From: Macrostomum lignano
Lineage: Eukaryota
Length of the DNA stretch: 64,000 nt
NCBI GenBank assembly: GCA_002269645.1
Contig: NIVC01000613.1
Location: 1-64,000 of the forward strand
Reading direction: 5' to 3'
Made by a program: the position numbers and the translations under genes. How positions within the stretch are numbered: position 1 is the stretch's first letter; each line of letters opens with the position of its first letter. The notes beneath the pieces are model-generated. The model saw only the letters and a program-made list of their open reading frames with translations, did no database searches and was not told the DNA's origin. This document shows, one piece after another, positions 16,609 through 28,692 of the stretch.

Positions 16609-18185
16609 TCCATCTAATGTACAATTGTGACTTTTATCCCAACCCCTTTTTCGTCAAAATTTATATATAAATATAAAGACATTAATCGTTTCTAATTCCT
16701 TATGAGTCTGCATGGCGATACGTGAGAATGCAAGTGCACTCACGTTCTTATTTGCAATGCATAAAATTTCCATTACGAAGAATGCATGTAATAAGTTTAT
16801 TCTGCACCAAAAGCAAAATTAATATTCTATATTAGATACTCGTAGAAGGTGTTTGCTTTCTGCCGCATTTTTTATAAGCTTGAACACGTACGAGTGTGTG
16901 CTCCGTCAGCTGTAACGCAGTTTAATTGGCAAATTTAGAATTTGTGTCGCACATGCAATGTGAGATGAGACGGGATCCTTCATAAAAGATCCTTCAATCC
17001 GCTCAATGACAATTGGTTTCATTTTCATTTTGCTTGCTTCGATTAAATTAATTTCTGATATGGAGGCTTCAGGTATTGCGACAAAAACAGCTGTTTAATA
17101 GCGAGATCGCTAAACTACGACGTATATAAATGAGAATGAGATCATAAAATCAAACTTTGTGTAGTCGGATTTGCATAAGCTGATCCTGATATGCACTATG
17201 TATGAAGCTATGCACTATGTATGAGTTACATATGAAGCAAGTTTAACAAACAAAAAAAGAAAAAAACACATTATTGAATACGGCTGGCTTTCGTCTCCAG
17301 TTTTTTTTTATAAATTTGAGTGCACCTCGGACACATCTCTGCATCATTTGGAATTTAAAACTTCAGAATTTTCGGAAGTGCAGTGTGACTGTGTCGAAAG
17401 CGAAAAGGAAAGCATCAAATCCCAATTTGAAATAATTTAGAAACTGAACACTGTTTATAAAAATTGTAAAAATCTGGTTCATTTTGATTGCTTATTGTTA
17501 GAAATAAACTTTTATAATAGTCTTAGATTTGTTTTTTAACGCATCATGGCTTGCAATTCATAGGTAAAATTAATAATAATAGTATTACTTACCAAACATT
17601 TATTTGTTTAATCGATAAAATATCATTACACAGGCAGTACGCTGACATGAAAAATGAGGGCACAGGTAATATAATAGGAAGGACGACACAGATCATCACA
17701 ATGTAGGTTTATTTTCATTTTACAACTTTCTATTTCCTAGAAATAGAAATTCTTACTGGAACAATGTTTGGTGACTTGGTGGGCGCCTCAAATCCCTAAT
17801 CTCCTAAGGCAGCTACGCCCCTGTCTCTTGGTTGGCGTTGGTTGGAACCTCTGCTTTTTTAAAGTGTGCGGATGCTCCGGGACTTCTAGGGTTGGTTAGT
17901 AAGGCTGAAACCAAGAGGGTAACCAGTCATAAATGTATTGAGCTATTTTTCCCAAAACAGATTAGTTTCACTAGTATTAGTATAAACCATATAAAGTGTC
18001 AAGACAGGACACACTCGAGAGCGAGAGAACCAGAAGACGAGAAAACCAGAGAATCAGAGAACCAGAGAACAATAAAACAACCGAAGCACCTGTAGAATGA
18101 AAAAGCCATCCAAAAGTTGCCAATGCCTTCATGATGGATTGTTACGAATGACGGGGTCAGAGGGGATTGGCATGAATGTCTTTAT

Positions 18186-21100
18186 TCACGTCAGCGTGTG
18201 AATCCTGTGAAGTCTCTTAGCATTCTCCACAGCCTTAGGCTCGCGTAGCCAGCTGTCCAGCCGCTGCACTTGTCCAGCGGACAGTCTGTGACTACCTAAT
18301 GGAGGCGAGGCCAATGCGTTGGCGCGGAGCAAGGCAGCGGGAACTGCCGCGTAGTAAATGTGACTCAACTGGGCTCGTCTGACTGGCGGGCGGGAGGCGG
18401 CCGCCAGAATGCCAGTGATGTACACGTCTTCAAGCCAGAACGGCGCCACTCGATCAGCTGCTCGGGTCAGAGCTGTGGCGGCTGCGTCCGATATGAGGTA
18501 GCCAGGGCCGCCCAGCGCATAATTCGGGAATCTGTTTGGCGCAAACGCCTGAGGCGGTGTGCAGAACTTGGACGAATTGTGCCTCTGCACCGGCGCCCCG
18601 CGCTGAATGTCGCCCAGGATTTCCGCTGACGAGTCCGGCAGGCTTGAAGCGGATTGCACTTTGGTGGAGTTGCTTCTAGGAGGATGTCTCGTAGAATTTC
18701 TGGGAACAGAATGACAAAACGAGTTGGTTTGTTATTTAAAATGTTCCCATCGTCAGGCATGTAGATTCGAACTCGTGACCAATACAGAGCGATACCAGGT
18801 GTCCCATTCTGACTTACAAAGGGATGAAATTTATACGAGCGTAGCAAAATTAATTTGATGATTTTGGTGAAATGTTAGAGTGCGAGGGGCGTATCCGCGC
18901 CGTCTATCGCTGTTTCATTATCGAGGTGGAGGTGGGACTTTATAATTAACTCGGCTGTCTGTTTATTCAGATGCTGGGGCGACCAAAATACGGTGCTCGG
19001 ATGCGTGTTGACTCAAGACATACACACATATGCTATCAAGTGATCTAGGCTGTATTTGAACAGGTGCGAGGTCGGGCATTGAAGTACATCTACATGTAAC
19101 CAGTGCTGGGCAGCAAGTCCGTTAATAAGTGTTACGATTTTTCGTTAAGGATAGCAGCCTGTCTTTAAGCAACTTTTTCTAATTAATGGATTGATTACCT
19201 TTGGATAGCTTCATTGTTAAAGTTGTATTCAGCGTTACTTTTTCCTACAAGTAATTCCGCTTTTTGTGTCGGTTGTCTTGAGAGATTCTGTAGATTACAC
19301 TAAACCATTTTGTAGATTGCAGTAAACCCTTCTGTAGATTTCAGTAAACCATTGTGTAGATTACAGTAAACGCTTCTGTAGATTACAGTAAACCCTTCTG
19401 TACATTACAGTAAACCATTCTGTAGATTACAGTAAACCCTTCTGTAGATTACCGTAAACCCTTCTGTAGATTACAGTAAACCATTGTGTAGATTACAGTA
19501 AACCCTTCTGTAGATTACAGTAAACCCTTCTGTAGATTACAGTAAACCATTGTGTAGATTACAGTAAACCTTTCTGTAGATTATAGTAAACACTTTTTTA
19601 GATTACAGTAAACCATTCTGTAGATTACAGTAAACCCTTCTGTAGATTCAGCCATCAAGATTTGGTCTCACCTGGGATTTCGTTCGTCCAACTTCAGTCT
19701 TTGCCGCAGCAGCCGGTTCAGCGAGTTCGCATTCCAGACTGAGTCGTGATCGGACTTCAGCAAGTAGTGAAATGCGCCGCTGCAGTTTTGTGAATACCAA
19801 CGTAGAAATGATAGAATCTGCAGAAAGTATATCAGATTTTTTTAAATCTTATAAGATTTTTGAGATTTCTTGACACATGCCGACATCTAAGGCGTCAAAA
19901 TAAGTGTTAGGGGGCACCAAACTAAGACGTCAGGGGCGCCAAACTAATATGTCAGTGGCGCTAAACTAAGACCTCAGGGACGCCAAACTTAGATGTCAGG
20001 GGTGCCAAACTAAGATGTCAGGGGAGAAAAACTAAGATGTCAGGGGCGCCGAACTAAGATGTCAGGGGCGCCAAACTAAGATGTCAGGGGCGCCAAACTA
20101 AGATGTCAGGGGCGCCAAACTAAGATGTCAGGGGCGCCAAACTAAGATGTCAGGGGCGCCAAACTAAAATGTCAGGGGCGCCAAACTAAGATGTAAGGAG
20201 CGCCAAACTTAGAAATCAGGGGCGCCAAACTAAGATGTCAGGGGCGCCAAACTAAGATGTCAGGGGCGCCAAACTAAGATGTCAGGGGCGCCAAACTAAG
20301 ATGTCAGGGGCGCCAAACTAAGATGTCAGGGGTGCCAAACTAATATTCGCTAAACATGTTCGTATCCAGCTCTCCAGCTGTCTCCCAAGCACGCCTCATC
20401 TAAGCCAGCATGCCGCAGGCAGCACCTTCAGTGTCAGACACTGGTAGGTGTCCTCCGTTGGTCCGCCCATCAGAAAAATGTCGCCAAACTTTGCGGACTC
20501 CGAGGACAGCGCCGGGTCAGGGGCTTCACCCTCCGGCAGCTGGACAAGGAAGATCAGTAGTTCGAATCCCGTGCCGTTGTCGCGTCGACCCCACGTTTGG
20601 CGAACTAAGGACCTCTGCAGGGCCATGTTGGCCCTCAATGGTACAAAGACCAGCACTAAGTGGCGAGTCTTGGTTTGCTGGCAGGCCGCCTGCAGCATTG
20701 CTGGAGGTTGATAACTCCAGCTGGCATTGCTCAGACAGTCGATCAGGCCCAGGTAACCTGAGCAGCTGCTCAGGCTTCTGCTGAAATTTTAAGTTTATAG
20801 AAAAAGATTTTCCCGCAGAAATTTTCCCCCGCCGAGATTTCCCCCCGCTCATCAACGGCCGCGTCATTGCCACGCATGCCCAGCTCACTGGCAGACTCTC
20901 CACAGTCTTCCAGAACGAAGTCAGCTTGCTATCAGCTCTTGCGCTGCAGAGCTGAACGCCAAGGGTACGACATGAGAGACTATTGTCATCCACTCTGATA
21001 GCCAAGCGGCCTTACAGGCCCTTTGCCACACCACAACGAACTCCCGGACAGTCGCCGACTGCGTCCGGCAGCTCAACCTCCTGGCCAGTAGCAATACTGT

Positions 21101-22068
21101 CAGGCTGAAGTGGATCCCAGGGCACGCAGGGTTTCCGGGGAACGAGCTGACAGACACCCTCGCCAAGAGGGGCCGCTCTGGCTTTTTTTGGGCCTGCCCC
21201 CCTTAGCCTGGTCCCTATGCCCTCGACGGTCATCAATCGTCAGATCGAGGACTGGACTGACTCCCTCCACAGGGACAGATGGGCGGGGCACCCAAAACTG
21301 CCGACAATCTCGTGCCGCGGTTCCGTGCCCCTCCCGCAGGCTTAGAAACGTCCTTCTGAACCAAAATCTGAAGGATATTCGAGCCCTAGCCATGACCTTT
21401 ACCGGCCATGCTTCCTCTGAGGCGATCTCGAGAGTGAGCTTTGCCCCTTTTTCGAGTACGACAATGAAGATGCTCAGCACTTTGTTCGTCACTGCCCTTT
21501 CTTTACCAGAGACCGGCTACGCTACCTCGGGCCGAACCCGTCCATTGACGAAATCTGCCAGCCCGACAGCATCCCACGGCTCATCCAGTTCCTTCGGGCG
21601 ACTAGACGAGCCAGTTTCTTCCCAACGGAAGATCACTCTGCAGGACGGACCGGCGGACCACCCTGACCGGCCCCACGCCTCTGCCTGTCTGCGGGTCTTC
21701 AGGGGCTAGCGGAATGGGCGAACCACCCTGCAGCTAATCCCGCCCACCGAGACTTCCCCGCCGAGACTCTCCCCTTGCGACTTTCCAACAGCGTCCAGGC
21801 GAGGTCAGGAGAGGTCAAAGCAGAAAGCGTCAGTCCGTCAGTAATATCCCCAGATGTTAAACACGCAACAGACTAACAGAATTGTATAACTTTTTTAATT
21901 TGTACGTAAAACTGTTACTGACCTTGGCCTTGGGTGAACAACGATACTCGTAGCATGTTTCCGACCGTATAACGCTTCCGTATGCGACCAGAGCAGCTCG
22001 ACTAGCAATCCGCTTAGCAACAGGATAGCAACGCAGTTGACCGCCGCTTTGATCTGGCAGCAGGGCAT
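18186..22068 (-). CDS. GT31 beta-1,3-galactosyl/GlcNAc-transferase (Galactosyl_T), type II membrane protein, 386 aa; exons 22068-21923, 20780-20426, 19817-19672, 18699-18186
   Basis: N-terminal TM (VNCVAILLLSGLLVELLW) plus the motifs R..VRQTWG, DTYQCLTLK, LLKSDHD (DxD), FPNYALGGPGYLIS and LEDVYITG. Intron phases are consistent (1161 nt). Confidence 0.9.
19288..19648. repeat. 22-bp minisatellite (GTAGATTACAGTAAACCCTTCT), intronic
   Basis: Tandem copies. Confidence 0.93.
19905..20345. repeat. 22-bp minisatellite (AAACTAAGATGTCAGGGGCGCC), intronic
   Basis: Tandem copies. Confidence 0.93.
20860..21710 (+). mobile_element. 5'-truncated non-LTR retrotransposon (I-group-like, RNase H plus C-terminal zinc-knuckle region), decayed, antisense in glycosyltransferase intron 1
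   Basis: RNase H motifs TVFQNEV, IVIHSDSQAALQAL and VRLKWIPGHAGFPGNELTDTLAKRG. Downstream are TFTGHA and EDAQHFVRHCPFF...LIQFLR. Stops and frameshifts are present. Confidence 0.85.
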
Positions 22069-22997
22069 AATTTTCTGCTGTTGGGAAAGTTGGGAAGGCT
22101 GCTTCAATGCGCGTAGGCCCAAATGGGCTGCAAAACGCTATATTATAAGCAAGCAATTTAATAATCAGTGCGGAAAGTGGAAACCCAGCGCTAAAAGATA
22201 GATTTCTTAGTACTCTATGGTCCAAACCATGGGCTTTAGAGCAACCAATTTAATAATCCAAAGCACTCAATTATAGTTAGTCTAAGCGTGTTGAAACTGC
22301 AATTGAAACCGACTGAATGCATTGGAGTAAATGGGATTTTACCATAGACAGTCTCAGCGGACCGTGAAACTACAGCTATAGCTCTACCTATAGCTCGTTT
22401 CTGCCCTCTGCAGCCCATCAATATTGGTGTATTAGTCATTTAAAACTTGTGTCGCATTTAAACACTGTATTTTGGGAGACAAAACAATGAAGCACAAACA
22501 GTTTGAGAAAGAAAACAGAACACAAATGAACCGACAACTGATTAAGGCAGAAAATTAGCAAAAGCGGGTCAGTGAAATGAAGCGCCTTGTCGACGCCTTC
22601 GGGTTTGTGACCGAGTTGAGCAGCTCCCCCGATGAGCACCTGGAATAGGTCGGCAGTCAGTGTCTGGCTCACGATCTCATCGTATGGTGAACCAGTGCAA
22701 GATCCGGTGAAACCTCCTGGATGATTTTCATCAACATAGAAGCTCCGATGACATTCTGGAGTCACATCAGTCAGCCACTGGACGAATTCCTGCCTCCATG
22801 CTTTGTCTAAGCTTTTGCTTATTGTGGCCACTCAAGACCATGGTGTCTCGCAGATATTTTATTTGTTTGCGCTTCATCAGCAGTGACAAAGCTTTCTCCG
22901 TCTTCTTTGAAAAGCTCGCTTGGCTTCCTTGTCTTCTACCATGTTGAATGCGTGCGTCTATTTGTAGCCAGTGCAACACAAGTAACTGTTTGAGTGA

Positions 22998-23850
22998 GGC
23001 TAGTCTGGGGGAGCGGGGCTAATCTGGGGGAGCGGGGCTAATTTCGGGGGAGTGGAGCTAATCTGGGGGAGTAGGGCTAATTTCGGGGGAGTGGGGCTAA
23101 TTTCGGGGGAGTGGGGCTAATTTCGGGGAGTGGGGCTAATTTCGGGGGAGTGGGGCTAATCTGGGGGAGTGGGGCTAATTTCGGGGGAGTGGAGCTAATC
23201 TGGGGGAGTGGGGCTAATTTCGGGGGAGTGGGGCTAATCTGGGGAAGTAGGGCTAATTTGGGGGAGTGAGGCTAATCTGGGGGAGTGGGGCTAATTTGGG
23301 GGAGTGGGGCTAATTTGGGGGATTGAGCCTAATATGAAGGGAGTGGGGCTAATCTGGGGGAGTGGGGCTAATTTCGGGGGAGTGGGGCTAATCTGGGGGA
23401 GTGGGGCTAATTTGGGGGGAGTGAGGCTAATCTGGGGGAGTGGGGCTAATTTGGGGGAGTGGGGCTAATCTGGGGGAGTGGGGCTAATTTGGGGGAATGA
23501 GGCTAATCTGGGGGAGTGGGGCTAATTTGGGGGAGTGGGGCTAATTTGGGGGATTGAGCCTAATATGAGGGAGTGGGGCTAATTTGAGGGAGTGGGGCTA
23601 ATTTGAGGGAGTGGGGCTAATTTGGGGGAGTGGGGCTAATTTGTGGGATTGAGCCTAATATGAGGGAGTGGGGCTAATTTGAGGGAGTGGGGCTAATTTG
23701 GGGGAGTGGGGCTAATTTGGGGGAGTGAGGCTATTTTGGGGGGAGTGAGGCTAATCTGGGGGAGTGGGGCTAATTTGGGGGAGTGGGGCTAATCTGGGGG
23801 AGAGTGGGGCTAATCTGAGTGGAATGTAATCTGGGGAGTGAGGCTATGTT
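22998..23850. repeat. G-rich 19-20-bp minisatellite (GGGGGAGTGGGGCTAATTT)
   Basis: About 40 copies, each with two G4-5 runs. Confidence 0.93.
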
Positions 23851-24299
23851 GTGAATCACGATATAGGCTAGTATATTTCTCGCGCATTAATTAATGACTC
23901 AAGCCAATGCGCGATCACGAGCTGTTTAATGCACGCCTTTTCACATTTAAACTGTGTTACAATGACAAATCTGTATATTGACTTCTAAATAAAGTAATCA
24001 ATTTCAGGTCAGAAAAGAATGCCCTGATAAAGTACACACAAAGGTCACAGTCTAAGATTCAAAATAGTCCCAAAAAATCTTGTTAAATTAAGTCAACGAC
24101 AATTATCGTTTTCGTGCGCTAGAAATGATGATAGCGGAAAAGACACTAAAGCGAGATGCTCTGGGTCGATATATTTATGGATTTCAGTGAAGAAGCTATA
24201 TTATAGAAAAAAATTGGCTATTTAGGGTGATTTAGATAAGCTTTCTTGGCTGATGGGATAAACATCTATATATAGGATAATATAAATATAGATTAGTAC

Positions 24300-25105
24300 G
24301 AGTCACGCGGGGTGAGTTGCTGAGATGTCATGGCTCACGCGGGGTGAGTTGCTGAGATGTCATGGCTCACGCGGGGTGAGTTGCTGAGATGTCATGGCTC
24401 ACGCGGGGTGAGTTGCTGAGATGTCATGGCTCACGCGGGGTGAGTTGCTGAGATGTCATGGCTCATGCGGGGTGAGTTGCTGAGATGTCATGGCTCACGC
24501 GGGGTGAGTTGCTGAGATGTCATGGCTCACGCGGGGTGAGTTGCTGAGATGTCATGGCTCATGCGGGGTGAGTTGCTGAGATGTCATGGCTCATGCGGGG
24601 TGAGTTGCTGAGATGTCATGGCTCACGCGGGGTGAGTTGCTGAGATGTCATGGCTCATGCGGGGTGAGTTGCTGAGATGTCATGGCTCACGCAGGGTGAG
24701 TTGCTGAGATGTCATGGCTCACGCGGGGGGAGTTGCTGAGATGTCATGGCTCACGCGGGGTGAGTTGCTGAGATGTCATGGCTCACGCGGGTGAGTTGCT
24801 GAGATGTCATGGCTCACGGGGGGAGTTGCTGAGATGTCATGGCTCACGCGGGGTGAGTTGCTGAGATGTCATGGCTCATGCGGGGTGAGTTGCTGAGATG
24901 TCATGGCTCACGCGGGTGAGTTGCTGAGATGTCATGGCTCACGCGGGGGAGTTGCTGAGATGTCATGGCTCACGGGGGGAGTTGCTGAGAGTTCAAGGCT
25001 CACGCGGGGGAGTTGCTGAGATGTCATGGCTCACGGAGGGAATTGCTGAGAGTTCAAGGCTCATGGATGGAATTGCTGAGAGTTCAAGGCTCACGGAGGG
25101 AATCA
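24300..25105. repeat. 32-bp minisatellite (GTCATGGCTCACGCGGGGTGAGTTGCTGAGAT)
   Basis: About 24 copies, degenerating at the right end. Confidence 0.95.
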
Positions 25106-25634
25106 CCGATATGGTGGGGCTCATGGAAGAGTTTCTGAATCATCAAAGGGATACAATCAGGGTCAGGGTTAAGCTACTAAGATGCTCCTTGACACTCGGT
25201 TAGCGCTCTCTGACCTGAGCTTTGGTATAGGACAGGATGTGAAATAGAATTTATAGCAAAGGGTACTCACCACTGCTAATTTCATCCAGTTGCAATGAAG
25301 CCAATTAATATAAATAAAGAAAACTGTAAATATTATATACGAGCTACGAGCGCAGCAAGCACTGAATTCAATGAGGATTTGCAGTCACTGTATCGTTTGT
25401 CCCGATTAAATTATTTAACATGGGCAAGGTTGCACGATATGCCTAGGTGTTCACTCTGGGCCAATGAGGTGCGCTGGTTATTGGATAGATTTTTTATGTT
25501 TCCGCGTGAAAACGTTTGACTCTGAGCAGAATACGAACTGTTCTGTAAAATTAGCTCAAAATTATGATAAGACAGAGGGCAGAAATAAAAAAATTGGTGC
25601 TTAGTCAGACAAAAACAATGGTTCCAAATACCAG

Positions 25635-26245
25635 CTTTGGCGCCACCTTTCTCAAAGTTTTGGCGCCCCTTTCTCGAAGCCTTGGCGCCCTTTTTCTCGA
25701 TGCTTTGGCGCCCTTTTTCTCTAAGCTTTGGCGCCCCCTTTATCGAAGCTTTGGCGTTCCCTTTATCGAAGCTTTGGCGCCCCTTTCTTGAAGCCTTGGC
25801 GCCCCTTTCTTGAAGCCTTGGCGCCCCCTTTATCGAAGCTTTGGCGTCCCCTTTTCTCGAAGCTTTGGCGCCCCCTTTTCTCGAAGCTTTGGCGCCCCCT
25901 TTTCTCGAAGCTTTGGCGCCCCCTCTATCGAAGCTTTGGCGCCCCTTTATTCGAAGCTTTGGCGCCCCTTTTCTCGAAGTTTTGGCGCCCCTTTTCTCGA
26001 AGCTTTGGCGCCCCTTTTCTCGAAGCTTTGGCGCCCCTTTTCTCGAAGCTTTGGCGCCCCCTCTATCGAAGCTTTGGCGCTTCCTCTATCGAAGCTTTGG
26101 CGCCCCCTTTCTCGAAGCTTTGGCGCCCCTTTCTCGAAGCTTTGGCGCCCCTTTCTCGAAGCCTTGGCGCCCCCTCTATCGAAGCTTTGGCGCCCCTTTC
26201 TCGAAGCCTTGGCGCCCCCTTTATCAAAGCTTTGGCGCCCCTCGA
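25635..26245. repeat. ~22-bp minisatellite (GAAGCTTTGGCGCCCCTTTCTC)
   Basis: Tandem copies. Confidence 0.93.
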
Positions 26246-26924
26246 GTTGAGTGGCACCTTTTTAGACGTGCTCAGTCGAGAAGAAAAAACATTTGAAGAA
26301 AAAGACAAAAAATTGTATATGCAGCTCGTAAAACTGAAACGCTGATTAATGTGAATTGAAAAATTTAGGTTCCAATTCGGGGTTGCTTTCAAGAAATAGG
26401 ATTTTTCCGATCGATTTTTTCTATGGCAAAACCCCATTTAGCGCTATGCGGTCTCCAGAGCATGCTAATGATAGATAAAATATATATGTACGTTACTTTC
26501 TGGACTCCAGCTTATTTCTAAAAAATATAATGTGGCGTCCTTCTATTTCAGCTGTTCAATTGTGACAATTGACGCAACAAAATATTTCTTGTTTTCCAGC
26601 CTTGATTTGAGCTTCCTATATCGAAGGCAACTCTGAGAACATTGTTGTAAAAATGTTGCACAGTGAATCGAAGCATTAGCGATACAAGGCATACAATGCC
26701 TTTTGCCGTAGTACCCTTGGGAGAGGAAAGAATTAAAAATTAAATCGCTTATTCATGCGTTATTCCTACATTGCGCACCTTAGCTGCGCGGAAAGGAACT
26801 CAAACACATTTTTTTACAGCGCTTTGCATGGTCGAAATGTGGGACATACGGAGCAATGTTATGCAGCTCTGCGTTCAAGCAACCGTGTGGGTTTTAGCAA
26901 TAATTGAGTAAAAGGTTGTTTATA

Positions 26925-27135
26925 AGTGCGATTCTCAGGCTGTTTATAGGGGCGATTCTCAGGCTGTTTATAGGGGCGATTCTCAGGCTGTTTATAGGGG
27001 CGATTCTCAGGCTGTTTATAGGGGCGATTCTCAGGCTGTTTATAGGGGCGATTCTCAGGCTGTTTATAGGGGCGATTCTCAGGCTGTTTATAGGGGCGAT
27101 TCTCAGGCTGTTTATAGGGGCGATTGTCAGGCTGT
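26925..27135. repeat. 24-bp minisatellite (GGGGCGATTCTCAGGCTGTTTATA)
   Basis: About 8 perfect copies. Confidence 0.93.
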
Positions 27136-27462
27136 CAAATTTTATTCCAATATGGAACAAAGATAATTTCCAATTAATTCTTCTCGTAGTCAGTCTACGT
27201 CACACAAAGCAGTCACAAATGCTACTTGCGTTGCGCGTGCAAGGTCTTTGTTACCTAGATCTTACAGAAGACTTCGCGCAAGCAGTATTGCTTTGGCGCA
27301 GGGGCTAAGCTTATAGCAGCGCCACGCTTAGCAAAACTGCGATTTTTCGTTCTTTCCACGGAGGTTGACGTTTTTGTGGCGTGAAAAGCTTTTGCTAGTT
27401 CTTGTAGAATCCTGAGCATCTTTCACGTACCTCGTGACCCTGGCTGGAGACCTTATAATTTT

Positions 27463-27815
27463 ATGATCCTAGCTATAGACCCTTATGATCCAGCTATTAG
27501 ACCCTATGCTCCAGCTATTAGACCCTATGCTCCAGCTATTAGACCCTATGATCCCAGCTATAGACCCTATGATCCCAGCTATAGACCCTATGATCCCAGC
27601 TATAGACCCTATGATCCCAGCTATAGACCCTATGATCCCAGCTATAGACCCTATGATCCCAGCTATAGACCCTATGATCTAGCTATAGACCCTATGATCT
27701 AGCTATAGACCCTATGACCCTAGCTATAGACCCTATGGTCTAGCTATAGACCCTATGACTTTAGCTATAGACCCTATGATCTAGCTATAGACCCTATGAC
27801 CCTAGCTATAGATCC
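27463..27815. repeat. 21-bp minisatellite (TAGACCCTATGATCCCAGCTA)
   Basis: Tandem copies. Confidence 0.92.
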
Positions 27816-28692
27816 TGCATTCATAATCCTAGCTTTAGACCTTACATATACGTTCCTGGTCATTCCATATGATCACGTGCGCAAAATTATAATCGTGCAT
27901 GAAACAACTTACAACATTTCTTAGCACACAAATGGTCCATAAGTGTCCATTTCTCGTGGAATGAACCTCCTAGACATATCCATGATTCTACCTATAGATT
28001 TGATGATACTACCCATATACCCTATGATCCTAGCCATGTACCCTATAGATCCTATGATTTAGCTATAGACCATATTCCTGCAACTCATAATCCAAGTAGC
28101 GGACCTATGCTCATATAAGCATACCGGGTCGTTATTAAGTGTTTATATATGTAAGTGTACTGTTTACCTGCTCATAAAGAAACTCGTAAAGACTACTATG
28201 ATAAGTAGTATTTAGCTTGAGACTATTCCTTGATAAAAGCAACCAACGAGACCAGAGACACTTAACAACACTGAAGCACAATTATTTGTTAAAGAACTTT
28301 TTTTAAATTGCTTAGTAGACTTGTAGTAAATGTTGCATATTTTATTAATAATTAACGAAGATAATATTAGATTATTTAATAGAAAAACAAACACAGCATA
28401 GGATAAGCATCCAGAGCTCATTAGTACTACTTTTGTAAGTAGCCGTGCAGGATAAGTAGCAGCACTGGCGCAACAATGTTAGATATTTTCACGATACCCT
28501 AGCTTAACCGGAATATTAATATTACCTACATATAATCCCAAAAGTCAATAATTGCCCCAATACAATACAAGCAAGTACATTAATATTAATAAACAGAGCA
28601 GTGAATAAACCGGTTGATTAAAAATCAAATTCCCTACATCGTTCCCTCGTGGAAAATTCCAACTCCTTGTTGATGTGAGCAGGCAGGCAGAC

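Noticed and set aside
18467-18847. ORF with IYMPDDG as the GT31 DxD motif
   Set aside because: It is in the wrong frame and intronic. The real DxD (KSDHD) is in exon 19817-19672.
21857-22225. 122-aa ORF MDHRVLRN... as glycosyltransferase exon 1
   Set aside because: Its donor phase does not fit exon 2. The overlapping frame (MPCCQIK..., TM helix, phase 2) does.
22436-22979. Minus-strand ORFs as a gene or transposase
   Set aside because: They are frameshifted, with no recognisable motif or supported splice structure. Left unassigned.
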